A DNA stretch of 64,000 bases from Amphiscolops sp. MND2022 (lineage: Eukaryota), in contig OZ076413.1 of NCBI GenBank assembly GCA_964187785.1, forward strand, positions 47,308,001 to 47,372,000, read 5' to 3'. Below the pieces are notes generated by a model. That model saw only the letters and a program-made list of their open reading frames with translations. It was not told where the DNA came from and made no database searches. Shown piece by piece: positions 1 to 12,042 of the stretch. Both the position numbers and the translations under genes were made by a program. The number at the start of each line of letters is the position of its first letter. Within the stretch, counting starts at the first letter, position 1.

Positions 1-503
1 AAAGTTCAAATACGACTGGAATATTTGGTCTTTATTTTCAAATGAGTCAAACAATCCTTTATTATATAGTAATTGAATAGTATCTTTGACTGCTTGATTT
101 TTACATTTTTCCAATTCCGAAATAAGGTTTCTCTCGAAATGATTACGTAAAATGGTTTGTTGTTCTTCCACTAACTTGGCAGCATCCAAAATTATTTCTT
201 TTTCTTTTCTAAAAACCTATTTTTAACATCTTGTTCTAAGTATTTCAGGTTGATTTTCAAGTCTTCGATATTTTTGTTTATGTCTAAGAATAACTTTGCA
301 TTGACTACTACCTTGGTTTCACCATCATCAAAATTAATTTCTTGTACACTTTGTAGGTTATCAGTCATACCATTTATGGTGCTTTGCATATCATTTGGTT
401 TCAAGTTAATTAATTTGGTTTGTGATTCCAATTCTTTTTCTAAATTCTCAATCTTATTTTTTTGTAAGCTTTCGGCACTATAACCAAATTTATGAATTGA
501 CAT
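1..503 (-). pseudogene. Hypothetical coiled-coil protein of the Polinton block, frameshifted near 195 and running off the window edge
   Basis: ORF 192..503 stops, but another frame stays open from about 190 to base 1 (LDAAKLVEEQQTILRNHFERNLISELEK...). Confidence 0.45.
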
Positions 504-526
504 TATTTATTTAAATATAATTACTC

Positions 527-1375
527 CTAACGATGGAAAATATTCATACTTTCTAACGTTTTGTTGTTAGATTTAAAGTTGAATACACTTCCTAAAAGTT
601 CTTGTTCATAATAGTTTCCTTCTATTTGTTCGTTGTTTTCATCTACTAAACCATACGTAACTGGGTTAGTTGGAATAATCTTATGTATTTTAAAAAGTTC
701 TTTATTCCAATTTGTTGTATAACCTTTACTATAAAAATTGTGTTTATCAGGAACTCTTACATAGTCTCCCACTTGAAATTTGGGTTGTTTCGGTTTATTA
801 ACAAAAGTAGGTGGATCTATTGGTTGATTATTAGCTTCAAAAGGTGTCATGCGGGTTGTGGTATGCACCCTATTATTATACTTATCCAAAGCTTTACTAA
901 GGTGATTCAACCAGTTACCTTTACCTTCAATGTACATTGGTTCTTTGATTAAGTCCAAAAGTGTTTTATTGAAGCGTTCAACAAAAACAACTTTTAAATC
1001 TGAATTAGTTGAATAAATTTGAATTTCATTTTGTTTAAGAAAATCCAAAATTGTTTTATTATAAAACTCTTTACCTCTATCTGACCAAATTTTATCAGGT
1101 TTTCTTTTTGCTTTTTCAATAAGACTTTTAAATGCATTTGTTGTATTTTTTCCTGATTTATCTTTAAGAGGAATCGCCCATGCATTTTTAGTATGATTGT
1201 CAATTATTGTGAAAATAAACTTGTAGTTTTTGTTGTATTTTGCTAAGCTAGACCTGTCTATCAGATCAATACTCCAACACTCATCTTTGTAGTGAGTTTG
1301 TATTTGAATTCTTCGAAACTTTTTGATTACAGGAGAGAATATTTCTTTAGCAATTTCTTTCTTCTTTTCTTTCAT
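527..1375 (-). CDS. Polinton-type retroviral-like (rve) integrase
   Basis: DDE motifs WSIDLID / WSDRGKEF / VERFNKTL, with a C-terminal FQVGDYVRV...KGYTTNW segment typical of Polinton integrases. Confidence 0.92.
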   Translation of the reverse strand: MKEKKKEIAKEIFSPVIKKFRRIQIQTHYKDECWSIDLIDRSSLAKYNKNYKFIFTIIDNHTKNAWAIPLKDKSGKNTTNAFKSLIEKAKRKPDKIWSDRGKEFYNKTILDFLKQNEIQIYSTNSDLKVVFVERFNKTLLDLIKEPMYIEGKGNWLNHLSKALDKYNNRVHTTTRMTPFEANNQPIDPPTFVNKPKQPKFQVGDYVRVPDKHNFYSKGYTTNWNKELFKIHKIIPTNPVTYGLVDENNEQIEGNYYEQELLGSVFNFKSNNKTLESMNIFHR

Positions 1376-1584
1376 TTATGTCCTAATAAATGAATAAAAA
1401 ATTTTATATAGGTTTATTATAGTTTGATATATTTATTGGTTTGATTTCTTAGTAATTTTCTTAGTAAAATCACTAAGCAAATATACTAAGAGTATATATT
1501 CGGGCATTAAGCATATAGGTTACACTTAAAACATCATGCTCTTAGTGATTTTCTAAGTGCTCTTAGTGATTTTTTACTAAATAA

Positions 1585-2590
1585 ATGAAGTGTATAATTT
1601 GTGGAAAAAGTAATGAAAAATCTGTCTGCTCCGATTGTGAGATTAAAAAAAGATGTAAAGAATGTAATATATTGAAAACAGGTTTTTACAAATATAAAAA
1701 TGGTAAATTGTATAGTACATGTATAGAATGTTTCAATAAAAAAGTAAAATGTGAATTCTGTAATAAAGAATTCAATAAAACTTATTTATCAAAACATTTA
1801 AAAAGATGTATTATCAATCATGATAATAATAGTTATACAAATAATACCGAAGGTGTTTCGCGTATTATAAATCATAATGATGAAAATCTTGAAAATAATA
1901 TTATAAATAATAATGATGAAAATAATAATGATGAAAATAATACCGGAGGCCAGCAAAGCTGTAATAGAACATTAATAGTTGGCCCATCATTTTGTGGTAA
2001 GACTCATTTGCTAATAAATAAATTACAATTAATTCGATTATATGATAAAGAAAAAGAAATACATATGATAACTAGATCTCCAAATCAATAAGAAGATTTT
2101 GAATTAGAAGACACCGAAGGCGCTTTGCGTATAGTAATAGAAGGATATCTAGAAGATAAAAGTATACAAGATTTTCAAAATTGATGTGTTGTATTTGATG
2201 ATATGTTGGATAGTAATGAAAACTAATAGATCCATTTTTCAATAGAGGAAGACATAATGATTTAGATGTTTATTATTTAGCACAATCATATTTCGATTTG
2301 CCTAAACGCACCATACGCAATAATAGTAATATAATAATTTTATTTCAACAAACATTGTAAGATGTTGAACATATATACAGAGATATTGCTGGTTTTGATG
2401 TCTTATGATGAATTCAAAAGTTTGTGCAGAGAGGCGTGGAAAGAAAAATACAACTATTTATTATTAAACAGGTTAAAAGATAAAAATGGGAGTAGGTATA
2501 AAATATGTCTAACAAATATGTCTAAAATATGTATAAAATAAATCTAATCCAGAGTATAAAATCTTTAATCCACAAACGGATCCTTTTTAA
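1585..2590 (+). pseudogene. A32/FtsK-like DNA packaging ATPase with N-terminal Cys-rich (CxxC) region, disrupted
   Basis: Walker A GPSFCGKT in ORF 1585..2091. After stops and frameshifts come Walker B VVFDDML and RGRHNDLDVYYLAQSYFDLPKRTIRNNSN. Confidence 0.85.
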
Positions 2591-2596
2591 ACAAAA

Positions 2597-2893
2597 TTAA
2601 TCTTTTGAATACATAATTTCTTCTTTTAGGTTCTTCATATCTTTGTCTAGTTTTTGTCCTAGATGTTCAAAACAGTTCCAAATCATTTCTGATAGACTTT
2701 CCAACTTTAACCCAAGTTGAAAATTTTCTTTTCTCAATTCTTGAATTTCTTTTTTTAATTCATTGAATTGATTATCTTTAGATGGATTATCCATTTCATT
2801 GGATTGATTATGATTTGATTTATTTTCAAAATTTTCTTTTCTCAATTCTTGAATTTCTTTTTTCAATTCATTGGATTGAATATCCATTATCAT
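2597..2893 (-). CDS. Small coiled-coil hypothetical protein (Polinton)
   Basis: 98-aa ORF with TAAATG start context and an internal duplication NELKKEIQELRKENF x2. Confidence 0.55.
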   Translation of the reverse strand: MIMDIQSNELKKEIQELRKENFENKSNHNQSNEMDNPSKDNQFNELKKEIQELRKENFQLGLKLESLSEMIWNCFEHLGQKLDKDMKNLKEEIMYSKD

Positions 2894-2916
2894 TTATATA
2901 CAATTTTCGAATTTAA

Positions 2917-3850
2917 TCAAAATGCTGAAACAATATTTTGGTGTTGATTTGTTGTAATACATTCATATCCCAGGAGTTGATCTGCAATTGCTATGATTTG
3001 TTCACTAAGCATAGGATTATCATTTCCTCCTACTTTCTCTAACACTATTAATTTAAGTTGATCTACAAGCTCATCTGGATCAGATGGAAGGAAAACAAAC
3101 TTTATTCCACTCCCTAATTGGGGTTGAAATAAATACCTAATTATATTATATCTACTTGATTTTTTATCTCCATAATTTAGATCATATTTCATATCTTCTA
3201 AAAAATTTTAAATTAGATTCTCGTTTTGTATTTCTTTATCAAGCTGTGTATAGGTTATAAAATATGAAAGATCTGGATTATTTAAATTGTACGTGTTACC
3301 ATTCTCGAAAGTCATTGTTGAACCTTTGATTAGTACTTGTTGTGGGTTATGGGGATTAATTGTGAATAAATTTGGATTCATGGGTTCTAACCCATGAATG
3401 GTTTCTAAACTAAATTGACTTTTGTTTTTGTCGTTAAGCAAATTAGAAACTGTCTTAACGATACTAGAATCAACTTGGTTTGAATTAACTAAGTTAGTAA
3501 TAAGTTGATTATTACGGTTAGTAATTTCATCATATTCTTCAATAGATTTTTGTAAATTTTTATCAAGGGTGTTACTAGATTCTCGAATAGCCTGTGTTTG
3601 ATTTTCTATTGCTTGTACTGCTGTTTGAGAAGAATCACGTAGCGCTTGTATTTGTTTTTCAGATATTTGTTTCTGGTTTTTAGTAGCTTCAGCCTGTTTT
3701 ACAGTAACAGGTTCAAAAACTTCTTCCAAATCATAATGAAAGTCTTGCTTCCCTAGGAGTTGTTTTAACCTTTCAGCTGCTATTAAAGATTTGATTCTTG
3801 CAATTTTTTTAAAATTTTTCTAAATCATCTCGATTATGAATTGAATACAT
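2917..3850 (-). pseudogene. Polinton-associated coiled-coil protein, broken into ORFs 3208..3729 and 2917..3192
   Basis: Adjacent same-strand fragments. The C-terminal GSGIKFVFLPSDPDELVDQLKLIVLEKVGGN resembles the 'DPNELVxRLxLL...AGN' motif recurrent in Polinton ORFs (recalled, not searched). Confidence 0.6.
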
Positions 3851-3899
3851 AATTTATTTATTATAATAATTTTGAATTTAAATTTAATTAATGAATTAA

Positions 3900-4301
3900 T
3901 TAATGAATTTTACCTAAATACAGACCTTTCCCTTGATGAACAAAATTTATAATATCAGGAGCAGTTGCAGCTATCATTCGAGGATTTTTACTGGCTGCTG
4001 CAGTTCCAATATTTGCTGCTAGCTCTAATGCACGGCCTGGGTTATTGAGTATTTTCTTTCCGACATTCTTGGCTGCCGAGCCCAAATGTTTAAAAAAATT
4101 ACCCAATCCTTCTGCTTGAATTGTTTGATCAGATACTATAAGTGATTTATTTCTTTTAGAAGTTGAACAAGTACCTCCTAATAATTTAACAGCTGCTCCT
4201 GTTTTTTTATTTTGAGTAATATCTCCACGAATATTTATCGTAGCGGAATAATGTTTTCCACCAACACAGTATGAATTGTTTTTAAATTTACTAAAGCTCA
4301 T
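3900..4301 (-). CDS. Small basic virion core/membrane-lytic-like protein (adenovirus pX/pVI-like), Polinton
   Basis: IQAEG-LGNFFKHLGSAAKNVGKK looks like a protease-cleavage site followed by an amphipathic helix. It lies next to the capsid and protease genes. Confidence 0.5.
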   Translation of the reverse strand: MSFSKFKNNSYCVGGKHYSATINIRGDITQNKKTGAAVKLLGGTCSTSKRNKSLIVSDQTIQAEGLGNFFKHLGSAAKNVGKKILNNPGRALELAANIGTAAASKNPRMIAATAPDIINFVHQGKGLYLGKIH

Positions 4302-4313
4302 TATTTTTTAAGA

Positions 4314-5342
4314 TTAAATCCTAATAATTTGAATTGTAAATGTTAATGTTTCCCCATTGAAATCAACTGGATTGTGGTTGCTATCCTCAAGGAAAAATTG
4401 AATACTATCTAACCTTGTTTTGTTTATCTTTTTGTATAAAATAATATTGGGTTCTTTTATAATTTTATATCCTGGTGGGGAGGAAAGATTAAAACTAAAC
4501 AAGATTTGTTCTCGTATACCATTAACAATTGAACCATCTACACAATCACATTTCAGATGAACTTTGTCTGTGGTTGTTATCATAACTGGTTTTTCTGATA
4601 TATGAGTTCCTGCTGTGTAGTCGGTTTTTGTAAATCCTAAAAGGGTGTTAAGTTCAGAATTGAAATAAATGGGAAGTAAGGTTGTTAAAACTGATTTCAT
4701 TGATATTGTGTCTGCTTCTATGTTGATTTTAATATCAGAATCAAGAAGAGAACCACAAGAATTATTAATTTCTTGTTGGATGGCATTATTTATATCAACT
4801 AATTCATATGCTCCTGGTGGTATTGCTACTTTCAAGCAATCAGATAAAGCTCGAATACCATGAAGATCAAGAGTATTTGTTTTATCTTTCATTTTTTTAT
4901 TAATTTGATTAATGATTTTATTTAAATCATTATAATAATTGTTAGGAAATACAACCTTTTTAAATTTAACATCATTTATAAGTCTTTTAATTTCTTCTAT
5001 ATCAGAGGTTTCATATAAATTTTTTATCTTTGGTATAAATTCAGTTGCAAATTTATATTCTTTTAGGTTTTGTTCTGTCGTAAAAAGTTTAAGTTTATTA
5101 TTTTTTTCAGTAATGTTATATATGGTGTTGTATACTTCTAAACTTGTTACTCCCATCATCCATTTTTCTGGTAAGTCTAGTGGAATATCAAATGAAAAAG
5201 ATTCTTTTTGTTTATTCATTTTAAATTCTAATGTTTCTTGTGGTTTCGATAAGGTATTTTCAACAATTTTCAAATTAGATTTTGCAATACTCAATAAAAG
5301 AGATTCTTTTTTATCATAGGTTACAAAATTTGATAGATCCAT
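4314..5342 (-). CDS. Putative minor capsid (penton-like, single jelly-roll) protein
   Basis: IPPGAYELVDIN, VHLKCDCVDGSIVNG, PPGYKIIKEP and PVDFNGETLTFTIQI match the pattern of Polinton minor capsid proteins. Confidence 0.75.
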   Translation of the reverse strand: MDLSNFVTYDKKESLLLSIAKSNLKIVENTLSKPQETLEFKMNKQKESFSFDIPLDLPEKWMMGVTSLEVYNTIYNITEKNNKLKLFTTEQNLKEYKFATEFIPKIKNLYETSDIEEIKRLINDVKFKKVVFPNNYYNDLNKIINQINKKMKDKTNTLDLHGIRALSDCLKVAIPPGAYELVDINNAIQQEINNSCGSLLDSDIKINIEADTISMKSVLTTLLPIYFNSELNTLLGFTKTDYTAGTHISEKPVMITTTDKVHLKCDCVDGSIVNGIREQILFSFNLSSPPGYKIIKEPNIILYKKINKTRLDSIQFFLEDSNHNPVDFNGETLTFTIQIIRI

Positions 5343-5578
5343 TTATTAGGAGAAAAACGGTTTAAATCCACTTGCGGATATCTTATTTATGAATTCTTGG
5401 TTTTGTTTTGATAATTTCTTTTTTTGATTATTACCGAAGGAGCTTTGCTCATGAATATTATTATTATTATTATTATTTTCATTCTCTGGCTTTTGAATAA
5501 CTTTAAATTGAGCTGAATAATTATTAATTTTCTTCATTCAAGAAAAAAAATTTTGTTGATTTTTTTTTCTAAGCTTGC

Positions 5579-5983
5579 TTAATTAAGTTTAAAAGTTTGA
5601 TAGTATAATTTTAAAACTGCATTTTTGAAGCCTATAATTTGTGTAAGATACAACACATACAAACAATAAGCTGCACAATAACTGTCGTCTTTCTGGATTT
5701 GATATTCTGAATAGATACCATTATTAATTTGTTTTGTTATATTTAGTGGTGGCGGACAGCCATATGAATCGAAATAGTTTTGGTTTGTAAACATAACCCA
5801 ATGTGTTCCTTTAGTTGGATGTAAGTTAACTATACCACTGGTGGTTATAAATTTATCATCTCTCATATATATTCCACAAGATGTGTTCATGAGTTTTAAG
5901 ATTTCTTTTATTTCTACATTGGAAGTTGTTTCATTTTTTAATCCATATTTATTAACAAATTCTTTGAATGATAAATAATTCAT
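5579..5983 (-). CDS. Adenain/Ulp1-like cysteine protease (Polinton)
   Basis: Catalytic motifs GTHWV, YFDSYG and QIQ...SYCAAYC (His-Asp-Gln-Cys). Confidence 0.88.
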   Translation of the reverse strand: MNYLSFKEFVNKYGLKNETTSNVEIKEILKLMNTSCGIYMRDDKFITTSGIVNLHPTKGTHWVMFTNQNYFDSYGCPPPLNITKQINNGIYSEYQIQKDDSYCAAYCLYVLYLTQIIGFKNAVLKLYYQTFKLN

Positions 5984-7904
5984 TTAATAGTTATTTTTCA
6001 TCAATTTTGTTAATTTTTCATTTGCGAAAAAAGGCTGATTTTTAGATGGTTTGCCTTGGTTATTTTTTAACAGTTAGTTGTGAAAAAAACGTTGATTTTT
6101 TTTAAAAAGTTAATTAACATTTTTTTAAAAAAACAATATTTGACTGGCCCGAATCGGGAATTCGTATACTACTAATACTATCCGAATTTTGGAAGCGGAG
6201 GAATTTTTGAAATTTATTCGAACTATTTTGCCTTTTACTAAGGAGGAGGCGGAGGTTCGAAAACAAGCACTCCCATTTGTCCCAGCAGGCTATATCCCAA
6301 CTTTTGAAGTGTTTTCTGAGCACTAAAGGCACCCTTTGGATGTTTGGAAATTCTTTGTTAGTTTTCCATAAAAAACGTCCTGAGCATATTTTAAGAAGTT
6401 TGCGCTTTTTGAGCCTTAGCTCCGCTTTGAGACGTTCCCGTTCTGATTTTGTTGCGTTGTATCTTAACAGTGGATGCAACAATCCCAACACTCGCGGTTT
6501 AGAGTTCAATGTCCGAACATAAACAGCAGCCGGTGCAATTATGAAATGTATATCGACAAAATGATGTCACTGGCAGTACACAAAGGGTTTCAAGAGGAAA
6601 CTTGCAGACCATGAAAGGGTCCAAGATTGGCAAAATTACGGGGCTGATTAATACTATGGGGAGTTCCAGTTACGAAGAGTATAAACTGAACCATTTCTGA
6701 TAAGATTTGAAAAGTTGGGAACTATTCTAACTAAACTCCATTGCAAACAGTTCAAATAGCTAAATTATTATTATTATTAAAGTTTCTTTGACAGTTGTTA
6801 TCAGTTAGCAAAAGGAGTAGCAAGGTCAAAGAGGATCCGAAACAACACATTCAGTGTCAAAAATGTCGGATCCTTTAGGAAAAGAGTCAACTTGGAAAAA
6901 CTTTTAATAGCCTACTGCTTGTGAAAAACGGTAAAGAAAAAAAACTTTAATTCACAGATTAATAGAAAGAAAAATTCAAAGGTATTTCTTCGTTCGCCTA
7001 CTTCTACCACTTCTCGGGTTCCGCATTGGGGCTCGGTAACATCGCAATCTTCAGTATCGAAAGCGTGGAGGGTCCAGTGACCAGCACCGGGAAGCCAACC
7101 ACACACGGAATATTTCTAACTCCCCTCAACGTAACTTCCAGCTTGATCCCTTCGACGAGAGGTGGTCAAGTCTTACAGAAAGTTACGGGGAGTTAGAAAC
7201 AGCTATTGAATGATCGAAAACAATGTATCATCAGGAATTAGTAATAAAAAACCTTTCAAGCTGTGAATTTTATCATTTAAATATACCACCAACTCCTTAG
7301 TCCAGAACTCCGTATTATTTTGCTCGAGATATCAAGACTTCGTAGTAAGAACCGGTAGATTAGTTTCACTCCTGTCAATTTTTGAGGGAAAATCTCGATC
7401 CTCTAAAAAGTTTTTTGTACAACATAAAGACCAAAGAATTTACGGCTGAAAAACAGGTTTCAAGAAAACCAATGTTAACAATGATAACGTTTTAATTCAT
7501 TCGGTCATTCTGTTACAAATACAGTATAAAAATTAACATTATTTCATGATTTAAAAAAAACATCCAAGGACGCTCTTAGAGGAAGACGAAAGAGCCTCGT
7601 TGAAAGTAATCTTATAACTTTTTTAAAGCGTTCGAATATACTTTGTAACTGCAGTATATTTCAGACAATATGCTGAGGGAGAACGTGGTTGCTTAGGTAT
7701 TGATAAAACGCGGGAAATAAGATGAAAAAAAAACGAATTTTGTCTGAAAACCCATATCTCGTACCCTTGGTACACTAGTCTTTATTCCAAGCTTCTGCAC
7801 ACCCGATGCCAGACTTTACTGGCCCATGAGCGAAAAGTCAACAGAAGCAAAATCTGATATCGAAAAACCCAAGACAAGGTGAATAACTGAAGAATTGTAC
7901 ACAA

Positions 7905-8156
7905 GACGCCCGCTGAGCACAGGGATATTTTCCGCTTCAACTGAGCCATATATGGCCACGGTGCTCAGCTATAGCCACGGTGCTCAGCTATAGCCACGGT
8001 GCTCAGCTATAGCTATTTTAGTTACTTGACTATTTTAGTTACTAGTAACAAAAATAGTCAATTAGTGGATGGAGATCGTAGAGATTTGGCAGAAATTGAA
8101 AAAAAAACGTAACACAGATTATCATTTTCCTCCCCCATTATGTGGGCGGAAAATAA
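7905..8156. repeat. Dispersed repeat (second copy about 10540-10865) containing a 19-bp unit x3
   Basis: Shared blocks CCCGCT.AGCAC.GGGATATTTTCCGCT and TAGTGGATGGAGATCGT.GAGATTTGGCAGA...GGGCGGAAAA. GCCACGGTGCTCAGCTATA occurs three times at about 7955-8011. Confidence 0.7.
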
Positions 8157-8420
8157 TTAAGAACATTTGAATGAGCTAAGAGTTATAACTTTTGTAATTT
8201 TGGTTTAATTTCAAAACAAGAAATATTGCTCTTTTGATCAAAATTTAAGAAATGTTTGCTCCTGGGACATTTGAGTCAGTTATTTATGCAAAATTTCTTA
8301 CGATTTGAATTAGTCGTCAGCAAAATCGTGTGTCTTTTGCTTTATTGTATGTATACATTTGCATTATAAGTCCATAAAATTTCGGAATCCATCATCTTCT
8401 GAAATTTTGATATTGTTTAG

Positions 8421-8495
8421 GTGGTGTTGGGACGCAAGAAACACGCAACTCCTATAGAAAAAGCCAGACTAACGGCTGCTGGAATCACTCAAGAG
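8421..8495 (+). CDS. TPST: TPST internal exon (VVLGRKKHATPIEKARLTAAGITQE)
   Basis: tttag|GTG acceptor and GAG|gtttg donor, phase 0/0. Matches the TPST 'EKxRLxEAGVTxE' segment and joins in frame to the next exon. Confidence 0.8.
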
Positions 8496-9340
8496 GTTTG
8501 AATGCATGTATTCTTTCATTCCATTCTAATACGCTGAACTCTCGCCTCGGGAGACTACGAGAATTGATGGTTTGAGGGAGGGTTAAACGCTAATTGGAAC
8601 TGTTCAACTGGATCATGTAATTCAAATGTGGGTTGATCGCTGAAAAAATGCATCGTTGATCCAAATGCAGGTTGATCGCTACAGTTACGTTTTGGCAGTC
8701 CTCCAATTTTTAAACATTCAGCTTGATCGGCAATGCCAGCCCAACATGTTCTTTTCCGAGTCGGCTCTTTGAATTAGTATATTTCTATATCAATTTCTAG
8801 AATGCCGTTTTTGTCCTATTGATGTCATTTTCTATGCTCAAAATGCGTGTTTTCGAAAAAAAACATCTAAAATCGTTTGAATTAGAGAGCCAAAGAAACC
8901 TAATTATGGGAATGTCGATCAACTCTCAAGTTTTAAGATAATAGTTTATTGCTTAACGATGTAGTTAAAAGCTATTGCTAAACATCGCACCTTTTAAATT
9001 CATTCAAAATGGGAGTTTATGAAACAATCAATGCTCAATCAAAAGGCGGTGCCCTTAAGTGACTTTCCTAGTCGAATCTGCCGGAAGTTTTCCATGACGC
9101 ATTCATGCATGCAGATTAATTTTTTGAAAAAACATAGAATATTCAAAGTGTTTGCATGGAAAAATTTTGTAAACATTTTATGCAGCTTCCAAAAAAACTC
9201 GAAGCATATCCATGCACTTTGAAAAACCTTCCAAGCAGTTTACATAATGTCTTTTAAAAAACAAAGAACCAAGAAAACAACATCTCCAAGCAATTTTGCA
9301 CCTCCGAAAAACGTCGCAAACAATGACCTACAATTTTCAG

Positions 9341-9563
9341 ATATTGGACGAAGCAGTAACTGAGTACATCTTGAAGATTTTGACACGAGACAGTGGGAGT
9401 TTGCAGCAGAAAGATCACATTTCTATGCTCTGTGACAAAGATCCTTTCAACCTCATGGCAATGGACGTGCTCAAACATATGTTTCCAAATGCCAAATTTC
9501 TCCTCATGATTCGAGACGGAAGAGCTGTTGCTCACTCTTTAATAACAAGAAAAGTTACTATCG
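9341..9563 (+). CDS. TPST: TPST internal exon
   Basis: ttttcag|ATA to G|gtaag. Encodes LCDKDPF...FPNAKFLLMIRDGRAVAHSLITRKVTI, including the 3'-PB motif of TPST. Confidence 0.93.
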
Positions 9564-9612
9564 GTAAGTGTTAACAACTTAGATTTTTACAATCAAAGAT
9601 TTAGATTTTGCG

Positions 9613-9711
9613 CTGACAAACTATGACAACAAATTTCCTTTGAGACCATCTCATAAAAAATATTTTTATGCGATATGGTCTAAATAGAAAGTTGTAGTCA
9701 TAGCTTATCAG
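9613..9711. repeat. Imperfect ~100-bp palindrome (MITE-like) in a TPST intron
   Basis: CTGACAAACTATGACAACAA...AGACCATCTCATAAAAA pairs with TTTTTATGCGATATGGTCT...TTGTAGTCATAGCTTATCAG. Confidence 0.65.
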
Positions 9712-10539
9712 TTTTAACCAAAATAATTTTTCAGGGCTTATCGAGATCACTTAATTGTTAACAAGCGCGCTAGAAATAATTTTCATTGCAAGTCTGAATT
9801 GCTTACGGCGGTTATATAGGGGAATCCCGTTTTTATGGCTTTTGAGCAAGATGTTTTTCTATTTGATTTTGCATATCAACTGAGAGACAATGGATGGACA
9901 ACTCTCATACAGTTTGATGAAAGCGGATTTGTTGGTTCAATATAAGAAGAGCTGTAGCACTGTAGAATAACGACTCATATTAAGCGACAACGCATATCAG
10001 GTGGCAACTTTAATCTAGTTGAACAAGGGACAACTCATATCAAGCGACATCTCATATCAAACGATGACTCATCATATATTAATATCGGAAACTTAAATCT
10101 TGCGCTTACTGGAGCTAATTTGACATCCATTCACTCACATCTCAAAGAGTGTCTAACCTAATTTGATCACGCATCAGGTAGATAGTTGGTGATGAAAATT
10201 ATATATTCCCATGTGTCATTTTTCTGATGCCAATCCAAATTAAACTTCTGTTCCAACGCGGATGTAAAGAACGTTTCACGCTCAGCTTGGCGAAAGATTT
10301 AGGAACATTTCAAAAAGAAAAGGTAGCATATTTCGATAGTCCCCAATTAGGCCTACACTTCCCCATTAGAGTCTTCTACATGCATACAGGCTAATTTTTA
10401 AATGAAACATGGAAAATTCAGGGACCCTGCATGGAAAAATTTTGTAAAACGTTCAAGCAGTTTCTAAAATGCTTAAAGCATATCTATGCTTTTTGAAAAA
10501 AACTTCCAAGCAGTTTACAGATCTTCTCATAAAACATGA

Positions 10540-10865
10540 CTCCCGCTAAGCACCGGGATATTTTCCGCTAAAAATGTAACGCATCAGCCCGGGCTCGAAA
10601 CCACCACCTCGTGTCGTGTCTGCCAGGCAGACGCACTACCAACTGCGCCATGGTGGAGATTTGGCAAGTGGAGTTCAAGTAACCAAAATAGTCGTGTAAC
10701 TGTATAAAATAGTCAAGTAGTGGATGGAGATCGTGGAGATTTGGCAGAGTTTGGAAAAAACGCAACACAGATCAGGATTTTTCTCCCCCATTATATGTGG
10801 GCGGAAAATAAAAACGCAACACAGACCATGGTTTTCCTTCCCCAATATACGTGGGCGGAAAAGAA
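10540..10865 (-). repeat. Dispersed repeat copy with a tRNA-derived (SINE-like) segment
   Basis: Minus strand 10651-10580 has A-box TGGCGCAGTTGG and B-box-like GGTTTCGAGCCC. Its flanks match the 7905-8156 copy. Confidence 0.6.
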
Positions 10866-12042
10866 AAAAGGAAGCAGCAACACGAGGGCACCCGAGCGGT
10901 CTTAAATCTCCGAAGAACGTATAAAACTTTTTTCAAACGCTTCCTCTTCATCTCAAAAACCTACTGTACTTTGTCAAAAATCATTTCAACGGTTATATAT
11001 AATCAATTTGTTGTGTCACTACTTGCCAACCTCGAATGGAATATCCAAGTATACAAATGCCGAAAACGAAAATAGACTGGAAAAAAGTAAATATAATGTT
11101 TCGTAGAATACCAAAAACAAGTATAATCTATTTATTTATTGTCAATATGTTTTTACATCCCTGATAGTCCATTTATATAACTAATTTCGGCATTTCTAAT
11201 CAAACTGCAATAATTTTTCACTAAAGCAAACTGTGTATTGAAAAAAAAATGCGACAACAAAAAGCGGATAATTGTTAACAAGACTGACAACATCCAATTT
11301 TTTTGTGGGCATTGAAATATGAAACCGATGGTTCCTTTGACTGGGGCAAAATGTTCTAGTCAAAAATTTGACAGACTTTTTAGCGAAAGGGGGCAACCCG
11401 ATTTGCCATGCGGTGAATTTTTATCCATGACTCAATGCTTTCCATGCTATAGGCCATGCCATAGTCCGTGATTGAAAATCCATAGAACATGCAAGTATTA
11501 TGACTGATTAGCCTTGATCTTTGATTAGCCATAGGTCGTCAATGATTATTCATCGACATGCAAAAATCAAATTCCATGAATCTTCTGCAATGTTTTTGGG
11601 AATATAAAATTTTGAAGATTTGTTCAGTTTCTACAAGTCTAAAAACTTCAGAAATGCTTGCTTAAGAAGTTAATTTGTATTTTTTTTTCAAATTCTAAAA
11701 TCACCAGTTGCTTCGGTAAATCAATGTGGGTTGATTGAATACACTTTTTTGAAAAGTTCAGAGGAAAAATAGACTAAAAGAACCTTTTGAAACAAATTGG
11801 CCAAAAATGGCCATATGTAAGACGCCAGCATATTTTTTTGCAACAAGTTGATTTGTGAACAAGATAAAAATTGAAGGAACTTCAATTTTTCGTCCATTTC
11901 TCAAAATTTTTGTGACGTTGTTGAGATTTTTGACTTGTAACAATTTGCTTTGTTATTATGAAACCATTTTTGTCGGACAACGCTGTAAATTGAATGATCC
12001 TTTCAGTCGAAGTTTCTAAGACTCTCAGTTTGCTTTTGTTAG

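Larger units (their letters stand above)
1..5983. mobile_element. Polinton/Maverick (adintovirus-like) endogenous element fragment, probably continuing left of the window
   Basis: Dense, intronless, very AT-rich cluster with retroviral-type integrase, A32/FtsK-like ATPase, minor-capsid-like ORF and adenain-like protease. No pPolB or major capsid is visible in the window. Confidence 0.9.

Noticed and set aside
6161..6180. ACTACT as the Polinton right terminus
   Set aside because: The partner TIR cannot be seen in the window and the motif adjoins another repeat family, so it is unsupported.
7955..8011. 19-bp direct repeats resembling a CRISPR array
   Set aside because: The units are contiguous with no spacers, no cas genes are present, and the context is a eukaryotic dispersed repeat.
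10580..10651. Functional tRNA gene
   Set aside because: A and B boxes are present, but no convincing cloverleaf or acceptor stem forms, and it is embedded in a dispersed repeat.
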